DNA from: Chthoniobacterales bacterium
GTDB taxonomy: Bacteria > Verrucomicrobiota > Verrucomicrobiia > Chthoniobacterales > Chthoniobacteraceae
Assembly (NCBI GenBank): GCA_038207335.1
Contig: JBBQZX010000008.1
Location: forward strand, 64,001 to 128,000
Reading direction: 5' to 3'
DNA length: 64,000 nucleotides
Position numbers and translations under genes: made by a program. Numbering within the stretch: the first letter of the stretch is position 1; every line of letters begins with the position of its first letter. A model generated the notes under the pieces. That model worked only from the letters and a program-made list of their open reading frames with translations, did not search any database and was not told the DNA's origin. Below are positions 36,824 to 46,803 of the stretch, in pieces.

Positions 36824-37867
36824 ATGCTTATCCTAACGCGGCTGATCGCGTCGCTCCTGATGATTTCACGGGTCCCTCTGCCTCTGAACCCACTCAGGTG
36901 GCTGGAGAATCTCTTGCCGAATCGCCTCCGCGCTTTTCTGCTGCCGTGCGATAAGTGGTCGTCGCAGAAAAGCGTTGACCTTTCCTCTGTGAACTTTGAA
37001 TTCGCCCGCGAAGTCGGGCTTCCCAGATATATTTTCCGGCACCTGCTCCTTGCTCTTTTGCAGCGGGTGGGATCAGGGGATGTCCGGCTCCGACTTCCGA
37101 CCGGGTTGAAAATCGTCCTTCCTCGACCAAGCACTTTCGGGCGGGATGCTTTCGCCACAAATTCAGACGTGGACTGGGGCAGTGAGGCGCTTTTTTTCTC
37201 CCATCTGGATGCAAGTAGGGACTTCATCGATGTCGGTGCAAATATTGGATATTACAGCGTTTACGCGGCTCCGATCGTCCGGCAGGTTTTCAGCTTTGAG
37301 CCCGATCCGCGGAACCACACAGGGCTAGAGGTCAACGCCGCGCTCTCGAACAACATCGCGGTGCAAAAATCGGCACTTTCGTCCGAAGCATGTGAAGTCC
37401 TGCTGGATGTGTCGCGAAATACTTGTGTCAGTAAGGTGATTTCGGCCTCCGAGGCTGCCGCGGCCACGGTGCTGAAACTGCGCGCGACGACTCTCGACGC
37501 CTTTGCCAATGAAAACCCGAAACTCCGAGCAACTGGGATCAAACTCGACACGGAAGGTCACGAATTGGCAATTCTTCGTGGCGGGCTGAAGATGATCCAG
37601 CGGGATCAGCCGCTCATTTTGACAGAACTCATGCGCTGGCCGGCACAGGGCGGTGAGCCCGCGTATCGCGAACTATCCGCATTTGCGGAAAGTCTCAGCT
37701 ACCAGCTGTTTGCGTTCGTTCCATGCGCGCGCGGATTTCTTTTGCCGGGCCGTTACCGATTCATCGCGCTCGGTTCCGAAGCATTGTTTTCTGCGAATGC
37801 GACGAAGATGATTTTCGCAGTACCGGCGAGACTCTGCCCGGCATTTGAGAAGAAAACGAGGGAGTAA
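36824..37867 (+). CDS. FkbM family methyltransferase
   Basis: FIDVGANIGYYS, SFEPDP, ALS, TTLD, IKLDTEGHE; start uncertain. Confidence 0.85.
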   Translation: MLILTRLIASLLMISRVPLPLNPLRWLENLLPNRLRAFLLPCDKWSSQKSVDLSSVNFEFAREVGLPRYIFRHLLLALLQRVGSGDVRLRLPTGLKIVLPRPSTFGRDAFATNSDVDWGSEALFFSHLDASRDFIDVGANIGYYSVYAAPIVRQVFSFEPDPRNHTGLEVNAALSNNIAVQKSALSSEACEVLLDVSRNTCVSKVISASEAAAATVLKLRATTLDAFANENPKLRATGIKLDTEGHELAILRGGLKMIQRDQPLILTELMRWPAQGGEPAYRELSAFAESLSYQLFAFVPCARGFLLPGRYRFIALGSEALFSANATKMIFAVPARLCPAFEKKTRE

Positions 37868-37874
37868 AAGCTGC

Positions 37875-39155
37875 TCACGAGTCAATCAGGTCGAGCAGAC
37901 CGGGGAGTTCAGCGCCACCGGCTTTCGCCAAAAGTTCAAGCAATCCTGCGAGTCGGCGCTCGTGTTCGGCCCAAGTGAATTGCTGAACACGTTCGCGCGC
38001 TGCACGCCCCATGCGGGCCCGGAGTTCGGGGTTTTCGTAAAGCTGGAGGATTGCGCGTTTGAGAGCCGGAACGTCGCCGACGGGCGTTACGAATCCCTGC
38101 ACGCCGTCGGTGATCGCTGAACCTGCGTTGCGGCTGACGATGCTAGGGATACCGGAGGCCATCGCCTCGTAAACGACGTTGCAGCCCCCCTCGGCGAGCG
38201 ACGGAATCACAAAGGCGTCGCTTTCCTGAAAAAGCTCCGGCAAGCGGTCGTGCGGGACAAACCCAAGGTAGTCGAACTCCCCCGCATACTTGTCCAGATA
38301 GGGCTTCGAGTCCGGATCGCCTAGTGCGCCGACGAGCAGGAGCTTTGCGTTTGGGAGCGCGAGTTCATGCCACGCCTGGAGCAGATGGTGGAGGCCCTTC
38401 CGGATCGAAAGCTGGCCGAGGAAAAGGAGTTGGAAGGGCCGGTCCGGACGCGGCCCCTCGGCAGGTCGATAGCGCGTGACGTCGCCGCCCATCGGCAGAT
38501 GAATCATCCGCCTGTCGTTCGCGCCGAGATGCCGCATGCAATCGATGCTGAAATAAGATTGGTTGATCAGATATTGCGCCTCTTTGATTTCCTGAAGCGG
38601 GCGGGCGGGCGGCGCGCTCTGGCCGGGAGGGTGGCCAAGTCGCACACGCTCTTCAGCAACGATGCGAAACTGGCACGGCGGCAGCGTGATCTCCATCAAC
38701 GTGATGAAGCCGCGCTCGCGCGCCGCGCGAAAAGTGTGAAGGCACGAGCCTTGAAAACCGTACACGATGACCGGCGCGTCTGTTTTCGGATATCGCCTCA
38801 CCCACTTGGCCGCGACCCGATCGTGGATGTCATCCTGAAACTCTACGAAAGGGGCCGCAGTGCCCCCAAATAAGCTCCAAGGTCGTGTGGCCAGTTCCAA
38901 CCACGGCCCGCAGACGGGAACGATGGCGTCATCCGACAGCCCCTCCTGCGTCCGGCTGCGCAACGATTTGTGCAGTCGTTCTCCGATGCGTTTTGGAAAA
39001 AGCCGCCAGAGATCGTAAGGAAAATATCCTTTCCGATAGTAAAAACCCGTCAGCAGCTTCGTCGGGAAACCGCCGCGCTCAGCCCCCAGCGCTCTGCGGT
39101 AGATGTTGCTCTGTTTCGACGGATGAGTGACGAGGATGTGTGGCAGGCCTGCCAT
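37875..39155 (-). CDS. Glycosyltransferase family 4
   Basis: LFLGQLSIRKG, PSLAEGGCNVVYEAMASGIP. Confidence 0.9.
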   Translation of the reverse strand: MAGLPHILVTHPSKQSNIYRRALGAERGGFPTKLLTGFYYRKGYFPYDLWRLFPKRIGERLHKSLRSRTQEGLSDDAIVPVCGPWLELATRPWSLFGGTAAPFVEFQDDIHDRVAAKWVRRYPKTDAPVIVYGFQGSCLHTFRAARERGFITLMEITLPPCQFRIVAEERVRLGHPPGQSAPPARPLQEIKEAQYLINQSYFSIDCMRHLGANDRRMIHLPMGGDVTRYRPAEGPRPDRPFQLLFLGQLSIRKGLHHLLQAWHELALPNAKLLLVGALGDPDSKPYLDKYAGEFDYLGFVPHDRLPELFQESDAFVIPSLAEGGCNVVYEAMASGIPSIVSRNAGSAITDGVQGFVTPVGDVPALKRAILQLYENPELRARMGRAARERVQQFTWAEHERRLAGLLELLAKAGGAELPGLLDLIDS

Positions 39156-39170
39156 GACAAAAGGATAAAT

Positions 39171-40343
39171 CTATCGAGGAAGGTGGGTGAGAAAACCCGC
39201 CCAATTCTCGCTGAGCGCGCGGTTCGTATAAAGGGCAAGTGTGCGCGCGCGCTGTTTTTCCGCGTTCTCACTCCGCGCCCTTTCGTTGCACGCAAGCCAC
39301 TCGATTTTCTCTGCAAGAGCGGAGCGATCACCCGCGCGGAAGATCGCTTCGGGCTCGCCGATCACGTTTGGGATTTCACCGGAATCCGAACCGATGCACG
39401 CCACTCCGCACATCATCGCTTCGATGAGAACGTGCCCGAATTGCTCTTCCCAGACGCTTCCTTCTTCGCGCCGCGCTTTGCTTGGGAGGACGAAGAGGTC
39501 GAGCATTTTCATGAAGGCCGCGACTTCGACGTGGGGGCGCGACCGGAGCAGTCGGAGCCACGGACGCGCGGTGGCGAGCGCTTCGAGCCGGGCCCGAAGC
39601 GGGCCGGCTCCGAGCAATGCCAGTTCGATCGAAAGAAGCGGGTTGTGATCACGCACCGCATCGACCGCTGCGACCAAATCGAGCACGCCTTTTTCCTCCA
39701 CGAAGCGCCCGCAAAAGCCAATCAGCATGGCATCGGGTGAAAGCTGCTCACTTGCGCGCTGCGCTGCGCGAGCGTGAGATTCCAGCGGATGGAGCGCTGT
39801 CTCATCGACTCCGAGTTGTGGCGCGATAAGAAGCCGCGATGCGGGTAAACCCGCGCGGCGAAAGAGTTCGCCGGCCGCGCTATTGCCAGCGATCACGAAG
39901 TCGTCCGTCCACACCGCAGCCCGGTAGATCGCAGCGAGGATGCGACCGCGCCAGCCCGGACGCGGGAGATTTTCCCAACTGAACTCGCCGAAGAATGCAG
40001 CAGGCTGGGTGAGCTTTTTCCAACACCATGCCTGCCAGCGCACCCACGCCCACGGCTCGGATTCGACGAGGATGAAATCGAAGCGGCGTCCGCGAAACAC
40101 TCGCCGTAATCCGCGAAAAACGTAGCGAGTGCTGGTGTGCGCGGCACCGATCGTGTGCAAGCCGATCAACAGGTAATTTAGCGGCTCGGCAGATGGATTG
40201 AGGGTCGCGTGAAAGCCGAGGCTGGCGGCTTCCGTGCAGGTGACGCAGACGAGGTCGAAATGCTCCGCGAGATGGGCGAGCTTCTTTCGGTTTTCGTCCA
40301 CGACATAGGTCGCGCTGATGAGGAGGAGAGTCGGCTTTGGCAC
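39171..40343 (-). CDS. Glycosyltransferase family 4
   Basis: GFCGRFVEEKG, WEEQFGHVLIEAM, SDSGEIP. Confidence 0.9.
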   Translation of the reverse strand: MPKPTLLLISATYVVDENRKKLAHLAEHFDLVCVTCTEAASLGFHATLNPSAEPLNYLLIGLHTIGAAHTSTRYVFRGLRRVFRGRRFDFILVESEPWAWVRWQAWCWKKLTQPAAFFGEFSWENLPRPGWRGRILAAIYRAAVWTDDFVIAGNSAAGELFRRAGLPASRLLIAPQLGVDETALHPLESHARAAQRASEQLSPDAMLIGFCGRFVEEKGVLDLVAAVDAVRDHNPLLSIELALLGAGPLRARLEALATARPWLRLLRSRPHVEVAAFMKMLDLFVLPSKARREEGSVWEEQFGHVLIEAMMCGVACIGSDSGEIPNVIGEPEAIFRAGDRSALAEKIEWLACNERARSENAEKQRARTLALYTNRALSENWAGFLTHLPR

Positions 40344-40476
40344 CGGTGCGTGCGTGTTTAATCCGCTTTGAGGAAGACGGCAAGCAGGGCACTTTTACTG
40401 AACCGAAATTTCCTGTCGCCGACTCAAATCGCGCAGCTACGTTCCACCGCACCAAGCGCCGCATTTCTCCCCCCGC

Positions 40477-41235
40477 ATGAACTACCGTGAAATCCTCTAC
40501 AACAATTACTCCGCGAACTTTGGAGCGGGTCGGGCGCCGAATCCGGCGGTGCAGTTTCGGCAGTACGAGGTCTGCTATCGGGATGCGCTTCCGGCCGTTT
40601 CGAGCGTGATCGGCGACCTCGGCTGCGGGACGGCGGATTGGCTCGGGTGGTTGCAATATCGGGGGTTCAAGAATCTGTGGGGCGTGGATTGGAGCGCGAG
40701 CGATGTGGCACTCGGGCGCGCGGCTTTTCCAGGGATCGAGATCGAGCAGGGCGACATCTTGAAGCATTTGCGGGAGAAGCCGGGGCACTTCGATCTGCTG
40801 CACGCAAAGGACGTGATCGAGCACATGAAGCCGGATGAATTGTTCGACTTTCTCGATGCCTGCCGCGGCGCGCTGAAGCCGGGCGGCGCGCTCTGGATCC
40901 TGACTTACAACGCGCAAAGCCCGTTTGCGAATGTGACCCGTTACGGGGATTTCACCCATGAAATCGGGCTCACACCCTCAAGCATGGCGCAGGTGCTTTG
41001 CGCTGCGGGATTCACGGTCGATCGGGTGGACGGGATTCATGTGTGTCCTTCCACTCTGCTAGGTACGGCCCGAAAGTTTATGTGGAAGGCGCTGACTCCA
41101 TTTTTTCGGCTGCTTCTCAAGGCGCGCCACGGCGGCAGCGGCGGGCCAATCGATTTTCTAGCCACGCATCCAGACCTGTTTGCAATAGCACACTACCAAG
41201 GATGGACAAGTAACCCCGAACCTTCCAATCAATGA
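40477..41235 (+). CDS. Class I SAM-dependent methyltransferase
   Basis: DLGCG, GVD.S, DVIEH, LKPGG, N..SPF...RYGDFTHE. Confidence 0.85.
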   Translation: MNYREILYNNYSANFGAGRAPNPAVQFRQYEVCYRDALPAVSSVIGDLGCGTADWLGWLQYRGFKNLWGVDWSASDVALGRAAFPGIEIEQGDILKHLREKPGHFDLLHAKDVIEHMKPDELFDFLDACRGALKPGGALWILTYNAQSPFANVTRYGDFTHEIGLTPSSMAQVLCAAGFTVDRVDGIHVCPSTLLGTARKFMWKALTPFFRLLLKARHGGSGGPIDFLATHPDLFAIAHYQGWTSNPEPSNQ

Positions 41236-42221
41236 ACAAGAGCGCACTAGTTACCGGGATCACCGGGCAGGACGGAAGCCATCTGGCGGAACATCTTCTG
41301 GACTTGGGTTACGAAGTCCATGGATTGGTGCGAAGGGTGGCCATGGAAGATCCCGATCGCCGCCTTGGACGGCTGGTTCATCTCCGGGACAGAATCAAGC
41401 TGCATCCGGCGAGCTTGGAGAGCTACGCGAGTGTCTTCCACGTTCTCAGCCGGAACAAGTTCGACGAATGTTATCATTTGGCGGCGCAGAGCTTTGTCGC
41501 GGAGAGTTTTTCCGATGGCTTTTCGACGATGAACACTAACATCAATGGAACGCATTATATGCTCGCCGCCGTTCAGGAGGTGCAGCCCCAGTGCAAGTTT
41601 TATTTCGCTGGCACAAGCGAAATGTTCGGCAAAGTCCGCGAGATGCCGCAGCGGGAGACGACGCCTTTCCATCCGCGGAGTCCTTACGGCATCAGCAAGA
41701 CCGCGGGCTTTGAACTCACTCGCAATTATCGAGAGTCTTACGGGATGTTTTGCTGTAGCGGGATCCTCTTCAATCACGAAGGACCGCGCCGCGGGCATGA
41801 ATTCGTGACGCGCAAAATTACCAGCACTTTAGCGAGGATTAAACTCGGCCTGGCCAGTGAGCTGCGCTTGGGAAACCTTGAGGCCAAACGGGACTGGGGA
41901 CACGCTATGGATTTTGTCCGCGCAATGCATTTAATGCTCCAACATCCGGAACCGGACGATTACGTCATCGCTACGGGAGAAACGCATTCGATCCGTGAGT
42001 TCTGCGAGCTGGCCTTTTCCGAGTTGAGCCTCAACTATGAGGACTACGTAAAAGCAGATCCCGCGTTTTATCGACCCGCAGAAGTCGATCTCCTTATAGG
42101 CGACAGTTCAAAGGCGCACCGTGTTCTTGGCTGGAAACCGACCTACACCTTCGAGATGCTCGTCAAGGAGATGGTTCACTCCGATCTCGAAACACTCTCG
42201 CGGACGCGGGGTATGTCCTGA
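41232..42221 (+). CDS. gmd: GDP-mannose 4,6-dehydratase
   Basis: ALVTGITGQDG, LAAQSFV..SF, TSEMFG, PRSPYGISK, GILFNHE, FVTRKIT, LGNLEAKRDWG, RPAEVDLL.GD. Confidence 0.95.
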   Translation: MNKSALVTGITGQDGSHLAEHLLDLGYEVHGLVRRVAMEDPDRRLGRLVHLRDRIKLHPASLESYASVFHVLSRNKFDECYHLAAQSFVAESFSDGFSTMNTNINGTHYMLAAVQEVQPQCKFYFAGTSEMFGKVREMPQRETTPFHPRSPYGISKTAGFELTRNYRESYGMFCCSGILFNHEGPRRGHEFVTRKITSTLARIKLGLASELRLGNLEAKRDWGHAMDFVRAMHLMLQHPEPDDYVIATGETHSIREFCELAFSELSLNYEDYVKADPAFYRPAEVDLLIGDSSKAHRVLGWKPTYTFEMLVKEMVHSDLETLSRTRGMS

Positions 42222-43311
42222 CGGAGTTTTCGGAGAGGTAGTAACTTGTGAGCTGATCAAAATGGTTCTGCCATGACAGCTCAAGAGCGCGCCTGCGTCC
42301 ACGATCGATCAACCGGATTCGGAGTTCTTCGTCACCCAAGAGCCGACACGTTTGGGCGGCAGCCTCCTCCGGCGCGAGCGGATCAAAGTACAATGCCGCA
42401 TCGGCCCCCACCTCCGGCAGGCTGGAAGCGTTGCTCGACACTACCGGACAGCCCGCGCCCATTGCCTCGATGATCGGGAGGCCAAAACCCTCCAACGTGG
42501 AGGGAAACAAGAGCAACTTCGCGCGCTGGTAGAGAGCGATCAACTGCTCTTCGGATAGGCCACCAAGCTCAACAATATGCTCGGCGGGCATCACCTTGGC
42601 GAGAGCCGTCAGTAAATCGTTATCGAGGCGTCCACCCACCCGTACCAAGGCGACCGGACCGAATTCTCGGATCACCCGCTCCATTACTTCGGGCAGGATC
42701 CGAAGATTTTTACGACCGAGCGTGCTGCCGATACTCAGAACGAGCGGAGCAGTTGGAAGTGGCTTGACCAGATCCAGGCTTCGCGGGTGGGAATATGCGT
42801 CGGCGTCCACACCCAAGGGCAACACGCAGATGGGTAGGTCGGTCTGGAGAAAGTTCCTCAACGCCTGCGCGGTGTATGCCGAGTCGGACAACAGCAAGTC
42901 AGCATCGCGCAGACGGGAAACTGTTTTTCGGAACCGGCGGAGTTGAGCCTGCGTCAATCCTGTCGAGTCTTCCAAGGGTGCCAAGTCATGAACAGTGACG
43001 ATCTTGAACGTAGACCGTGGGACCTGCTGCAGGAGATGCGTGTAGCTGTGATCAAGGACATGAACTACATCGACGCGAGACGATTTCCTGACCTCGAAAG
43101 GATAGCTGAGATACTTTTTAAAAGCTTTTTCCCATCGCCCCCGAGCAGCGGAACGCATCGGGGCAGTCCCCAGGGGACACGAGACTTCAAAAGGCAGGTT
43201 CTCGCGCTGCGACGAGCATTTCTCAATTTCACGCCAGTAACGATCCATGCTGGCATAGCCGTCAGCCGGATGAGCGGGCAGCCAGAGGATTGTTTTTAGC
43301 AGACGATCCAT
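42163..43311 (-). CDS. Glycosyltransferase family 4 (WbpY/MtfB-like)
   Basis: VTVHDL, GS...RKN, FPSTLEGFGLPIIEAMGAGCPVVSSNASSLPEV. Confidence 0.9.
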   Translation of the reverse strand: MDRLLKTILWLPAHPADGYASMDRYWREIEKCSSQRENLPFEVSCPLGTAPMRSAARGRWEKAFKKYLSYPFEVRKSSRVDVVHVLDHSYTHLLQQVPRSTFKIVTVHDLAPLEDSTGLTQAQLRRFRKTVSRLRDADLLLSDSAYTAQALRNFLQTDLPICVLPLGVDADAYSHPRSLDLVKPLPTAPLVLSIGSTLGRKNLRILPEVMERVIREFGPVALVRVGGRLDNDLLTALAKVMPAEHIVELGGLSEEQLIALYQRAKLLLFPSTLEGFGLPIIEAMGAGCPVVSSNASSLPEVGADAALYFDPLAPEEAAAQTCRLLGDEELRIRLIDRGRRRALELSWQNHFDQLTSYYLSENSVRTYPASARVFRDRSEPSP

Positions 43312-43485
43312 TGAAGAAGATTTTCGGTGCGAGGAGTCGAAGAAAGGTGCGCACGCTCATCCAAGAACCCGCCCTCGTCACGCACGAAAGCCGTGAAAGC
43401 AAGCCGACGGGACAGGGCTTGATAAAACATCGACGGCGGGGGAATGCTGAGGCTTGCTCACTCTCCCTCACCGTCGGCTGGCACC

Positions 43486-44625
43486 GTGAAAATCGCGCTC
43501 TCCATTCTCTGCGAAAATCCGAATCGGAAGACGGGGCTGACGACGCTTTTTCACGAGTTCGTGCGTGAGAGTCTCGCGCTGGAGCCGGGCGTTGAGTGGA
43601 TCGTTTTTGCGGGGCCAAAACAGACGTGGACGATCGACGATCCGCGGGTGCGGGTGGTGCGGGATTTTCCAGCAAACGACCGGCTGCAAATGCGGCTGCT
43701 TGCGGATCATTTCCGGGTGCCGGGACGGGCACGCGAACTCGGCGCGACCGTGCTGCTGACGGTGGGCTTCGTCCCGTTGCGGAAAACGCTGCCGACGGTG
43801 ATGCACATGCTTTCGCTACAGCATCTGGACCGGAGCAATCGCGTCGGATTTTTGCGGCAATTTTACCGGCGTTGGATGGCGCGGCGCGGCTTTACGGACG
43901 CGGAGATGATCGTGACGAATTCGGAATGCGCACGGGACCAAATCCTCGCGGATGAGCCGTACTGCGGGGAGCGGCTCTTCGTGAGCTACGAAGGTTTGCA
44001 GCACGCGCAATTTCATCCGCGCTCCGAGCCGGACGAGGCGGTGGCGGTGGAGGAAAAGTTCGGTTTGCGACCCGACTATCTGCTGTGGGTTTCCAACTTT
44101 TATCCCTACAAACAGGCGGTGCTTTTGCTGGAGGGCTACGCGCTTTTGGAGCCGGCACTCCGAAACTCAATGCCGCTCTTGATGGTCGGCGGCGATTGGG
44201 AAAATCGGGTGGAACTCGCGAAGGCGCGGGCGCGGACGCTCGGCATTTTGGACGATGTGAAATTCGTCGGCTGGGTCGGGGACGAATGGCTTGCTCCGCT
44301 CTTCCGTCAGGCGCGGATTTTCGCGCTGCCGAGCCGTGAGGAGACGTTTGGCCGCTGCGTGCTGGAGGCGATGGCGTGCGGCACGCCGTGCTTGGTGAAC
44401 GACATCCCCATCATGCACGAGGTGACCGCCGAACACGCGGAGATCGTCGATTTTCGCGATGCGCAGGCAGTGGCAGCGGCGCTGCGACGGCTCATTTCGG
44501 ATGCCGCGTTGCGCGAAAATTTGCGCTCCGCGGGTATCCGGCGGGCGGACGATTTCAGCTTCGAAAAGCTGACGCGGGAGCGCCTTAATATCATCCGCGC
44601 CGCGGCCGGGCAGGTCGCGAGGTAA
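43486..44625 (+). CDS. Glycosyltransferase family 4
   Basis: VSNFYPYK, PSREETFGRCVLEAMACGTP; GTG start at 43486. Confidence 0.88.
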   Translation: MKIALSILCENPNRKTGLTTLFHEFVRESLALEPGVEWIVFAGPKQTWTIDDPRVRVVRDFPANDRLQMRLLADHFRVPGRARELGATVLLTVGFVPLRKTLPTVMHMLSLQHLDRSNRVGFLRQFYRRWMARRGFTDAEMIVTNSECARDQILADEPYCGERLFVSYEGLQHAQFHPRSEPDEAVAVEEKFGLRPDYLLWVSNFYPYKQAVLLLEGYALLEPALRNSMPLLMVGGDWENRVELAKARARTLGILDDVKFVGWVGDEWLAPLFRQARIFALPSREETFGRCVLEAMACGTPCLVNDIPIMHEVTAEHAEIVDFRDAQAVAAALRRLISDAALRENLRSAGIRRADDFSFEKLTRERLNIIRAAAGQVAR

Positions 44626-44663
44626 GCGGGCGCGGCGCGTGACGCAGGGGTTTCCAACCCGCG

Positions 44664-44860
44664 AACGCCAACGGCGTTTCCTCATCCAGCTCAGGGTTGA
44701 CCCGAGCAGGAGGCCTACCCTGGGGTCCGACCCAAAACTCCGGCGAGCCCCACCGGGGTTCCATCTGCAACTCTTTCGGAGTTGGCAGCTTTTCCTCCAA
44801 AATTCTAGGGTAGCTCGTCCCACGCAACCCTGGGCTGACGGATCCAACGCCGTTGGCGTA
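44664..44860. repeat. Composite palindromic REP/REPIN-like element (about 195 bp)
   Basis: Outer inverted repeats ACGCCAACGGCGTT / AACGCCGTTGGCGT; next pair CAGCTCAGGGTTG / CAACCCTGGGCTG; inner CTACCCT / AGGGTAG; internal hairpins CCCCACCGGGG and CAACTCTTTCGGAGTTG. Confidence 0.8.
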
Positions 44861-44968
44861 TCTAGGCGCGGGATTGCTTGAATGGACGCAACTCCAATCA
44901 TTCCTGGAGCCGCTGGTGCGGGCTTTCCCTCGACAACCGCGCTTTTCCCCGTCGAAGGTAGCTGTCTC

Positions 44969-45940
44969 ATGCAAAAAGTTTTCGTCACCGGAGCAGCCGG
45001 CTTCATCGGCAGCACGCTCGTCGATCGGCTGCTGGAAAAAGGGTGCGAGGTAGTGGGGTGGGACAACTTTTCAACCGGGCAGGAGCGGTTCGTTTTGGCG
45101 GCGGCGGAGCAGCCGAAATTCAACCTCGTGCGCGGCGATACGCTCAATCTCGCCGCGTTGACGGCGGCGATGGCGGGATGCGATTTCGTGGTGCATTTCG
45201 CGGCGAATGCGGACGTGCGTTTCGGCACCGAGCAGCCGGGGAAGGACGTGGAGCAAAACACGATCGCGACTTTCAACGTGCTCGAAGCGATGCGCGCGAA
45301 TGGCATCAAGCGCATCGCGTTTTCCTCCACCGGATCGGTTTACGGCGAGGCGGCGAAAATCCCGACGCCGGAGGATGCGCCGTTCCCGATCCAGACTTCG
45401 CTCTACGGCGCGTCGAAGCTCGCGGGCGAGGGGCTCATCGCGGCGTATTGCGAGGGGTTCGGATTCGAAGGTTACGTGTTTCGCTTCGTCTCGATCCTCG
45501 GCGAGCGCTACACGCACGGGCACATTTTCGACTTCTACAAGCAGCTCCTCGAGCATCCAGATCACCTCCGCGTGCTCGGCGATGGGGCGCAGCGAAAGTC
45601 GTATTTGTATGTGCAGGATTGCATCGACGCGATCCTGCACGTCACCTCCGCGCGGCTCGCGGACGCATCAAAACATCGCGTGGAAATCTACAATCTCGGC
45701 GCGCCGGAATACTGCCGCGTGACGGATTCGATCGGTTGGATTTGCGCGCATCTCGGGCTGTCACCCCGGCTCGATTTCACCGGCGGCGAACGCGGCTGGA
45801 TTGGCGATAATCCGTTCATCTTCCTGGACACGGAAAAGGCGCAGGCGACCGGCTGGAAGCCGAGGCTGACGATCCGCGAAGGCGTGGTGCGGACAGTCGA
45901 TTGGCTGCGCGAAAATCAATGGGTTTTCGTCCAACGATGA
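44969..45940 (+). CDS. NAD-dependent nucleotide-sugar epimerase/dehydratase (extended SDR)
   Basis: VTGAAGFIG, SSTGSVYG, YGASK, HGHIFDF, GW.GD. Confidence 0.9.
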   Translation: MQKVFVTGAAGFIGSTLVDRLLEKGCEVVGWDNFSTGQERFVLAAAEQPKFNLVRGDTLNLAALTAAMAGCDFVVHFAANADVRFGTEQPGKDVEQNTIATFNVLEAMRANGIKRIAFSSTGSVYGEAAKIPTPEDAPFPIQTSLYGASKLAGEGLIAAYCEGFGFEGYVFRFVSILGERYTHGHIFDFYKQLLEHPDHLRVLGDGAQRKSYLYVQDCIDAILHVTSARLADASKHRVEIYNLGAPEYCRVTDSIGWICAHLGLSPRLDFTGGERGWIGDNPFIFLDTEKAQATGWKPRLTIREGVVRTVDWLRENQWVFVQR

Positions 45941-46803
45941 AGCTGGCCGGGCAGAATGTGATCGTCACGGGAGGCAGTCAGGGACTCGGGCGGGCAATTG
46001 TGGAGGAGTTCGGAAGCGCGGGAGCGAATGTGCTTTTTTGCGCACGTGACGAAATGCAGGCGCGGGGCGCGATGGAGGCAATGAAGCTCATTTTTTCGCA
46101 CGGAAATCGCATCGTTGCGCAGCCATGCGATGTGTCGAACGAAGACGATGTCTCGCGATTGTTTTCTTACGCGGAGTCGGAATTTGGAGCTGTGAATGCA
46201 GTGATTAACAATGCGGGTGTTCAAGCTCCGATCGGCCTCGCAGAGGAGAACGATTGGTCGGAATGGCGGCGATGCGTGGAGGTGAATCTTTTTGGCACGA
46301 TGCTGATGTGCCGCGCCGCAATCCCGATTTTCAAAAAGGTCGGGTGCGGAAAAATTGTGAATCTCTCTGGCGGCGGAGCAGCAAGTCCGCGGGCAAATTA
46401 TTCGGCTTACGCAGCTTCGAAAGCAGCGGTGGTGCGGCTGACGGAAACACTTGCGGAAGAACTTTGCGGATTTCGCGTCGATGTGAACGCGGTTGCGCCC
46501 GGAGCGTTGAACACGCGGATGCTTGCGGAGACGCTCGCGGCGGGATCGGAGCAGGCGGGGGCAACGGCCTTTGGGCAGGCGGAGAAGCAGGCGGGCAGCG
46601 GCGGCAATTCAATGCAACGTGCGGCTGCGCTGTGCGTTTTTCTCGCGTCACCCGAGAGCAATGGAATCACCGGGCGGCTGCTTTCAGCGCCTTGGGATCC
46701 GTGGTCGACGTTGAGCGCACGCGCGGACGAATTGGCCGCGTCCGACATTTATACGTTGCGACGAATCCTGCCCGAAGACCGTGGAAGAAACTGGAATGAA
46801 TGA
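45937..46803 (+). CDS. Classical SDR oxidoreductase
   Basis: TGGSQGLG, NNAG, YAASK, VNAVAPG; ATGA overlap with the epimerase. Confidence 0.9.
   Translation: MKLAGQNVIVTGGSQGLGRAIVEEFGSAGANVLFCARDEMQARGAMEAMKLIFSHGNRIVAQPCDVSNEDDVSRLFSYAESEFGAVNAVINNAGVQAPIGLAEENDWSEWRRCVEVNLFGTMLMCRAAIPIFKKVGCGKIVNLSGGGAASPRANYSAYAASKAAVVRLTETLAEELCGFRVDVNAVAPGALNTRMLAETLAAGSEQAGATAFGQAEKQAGSGGNSMQRAAALCVFLASPESNGITGRLLSAPWDPWSTLSARADELAASDIYTLRRILPEDRGRNWNE

Noticed and set aside
44639..44881. 80-aa ORF or CRISPR-like array in the palindromic region
   Set aside because: The repeats are inverted and nested, not direct repeats with spacers; no cas genes; the ORF is incidental.
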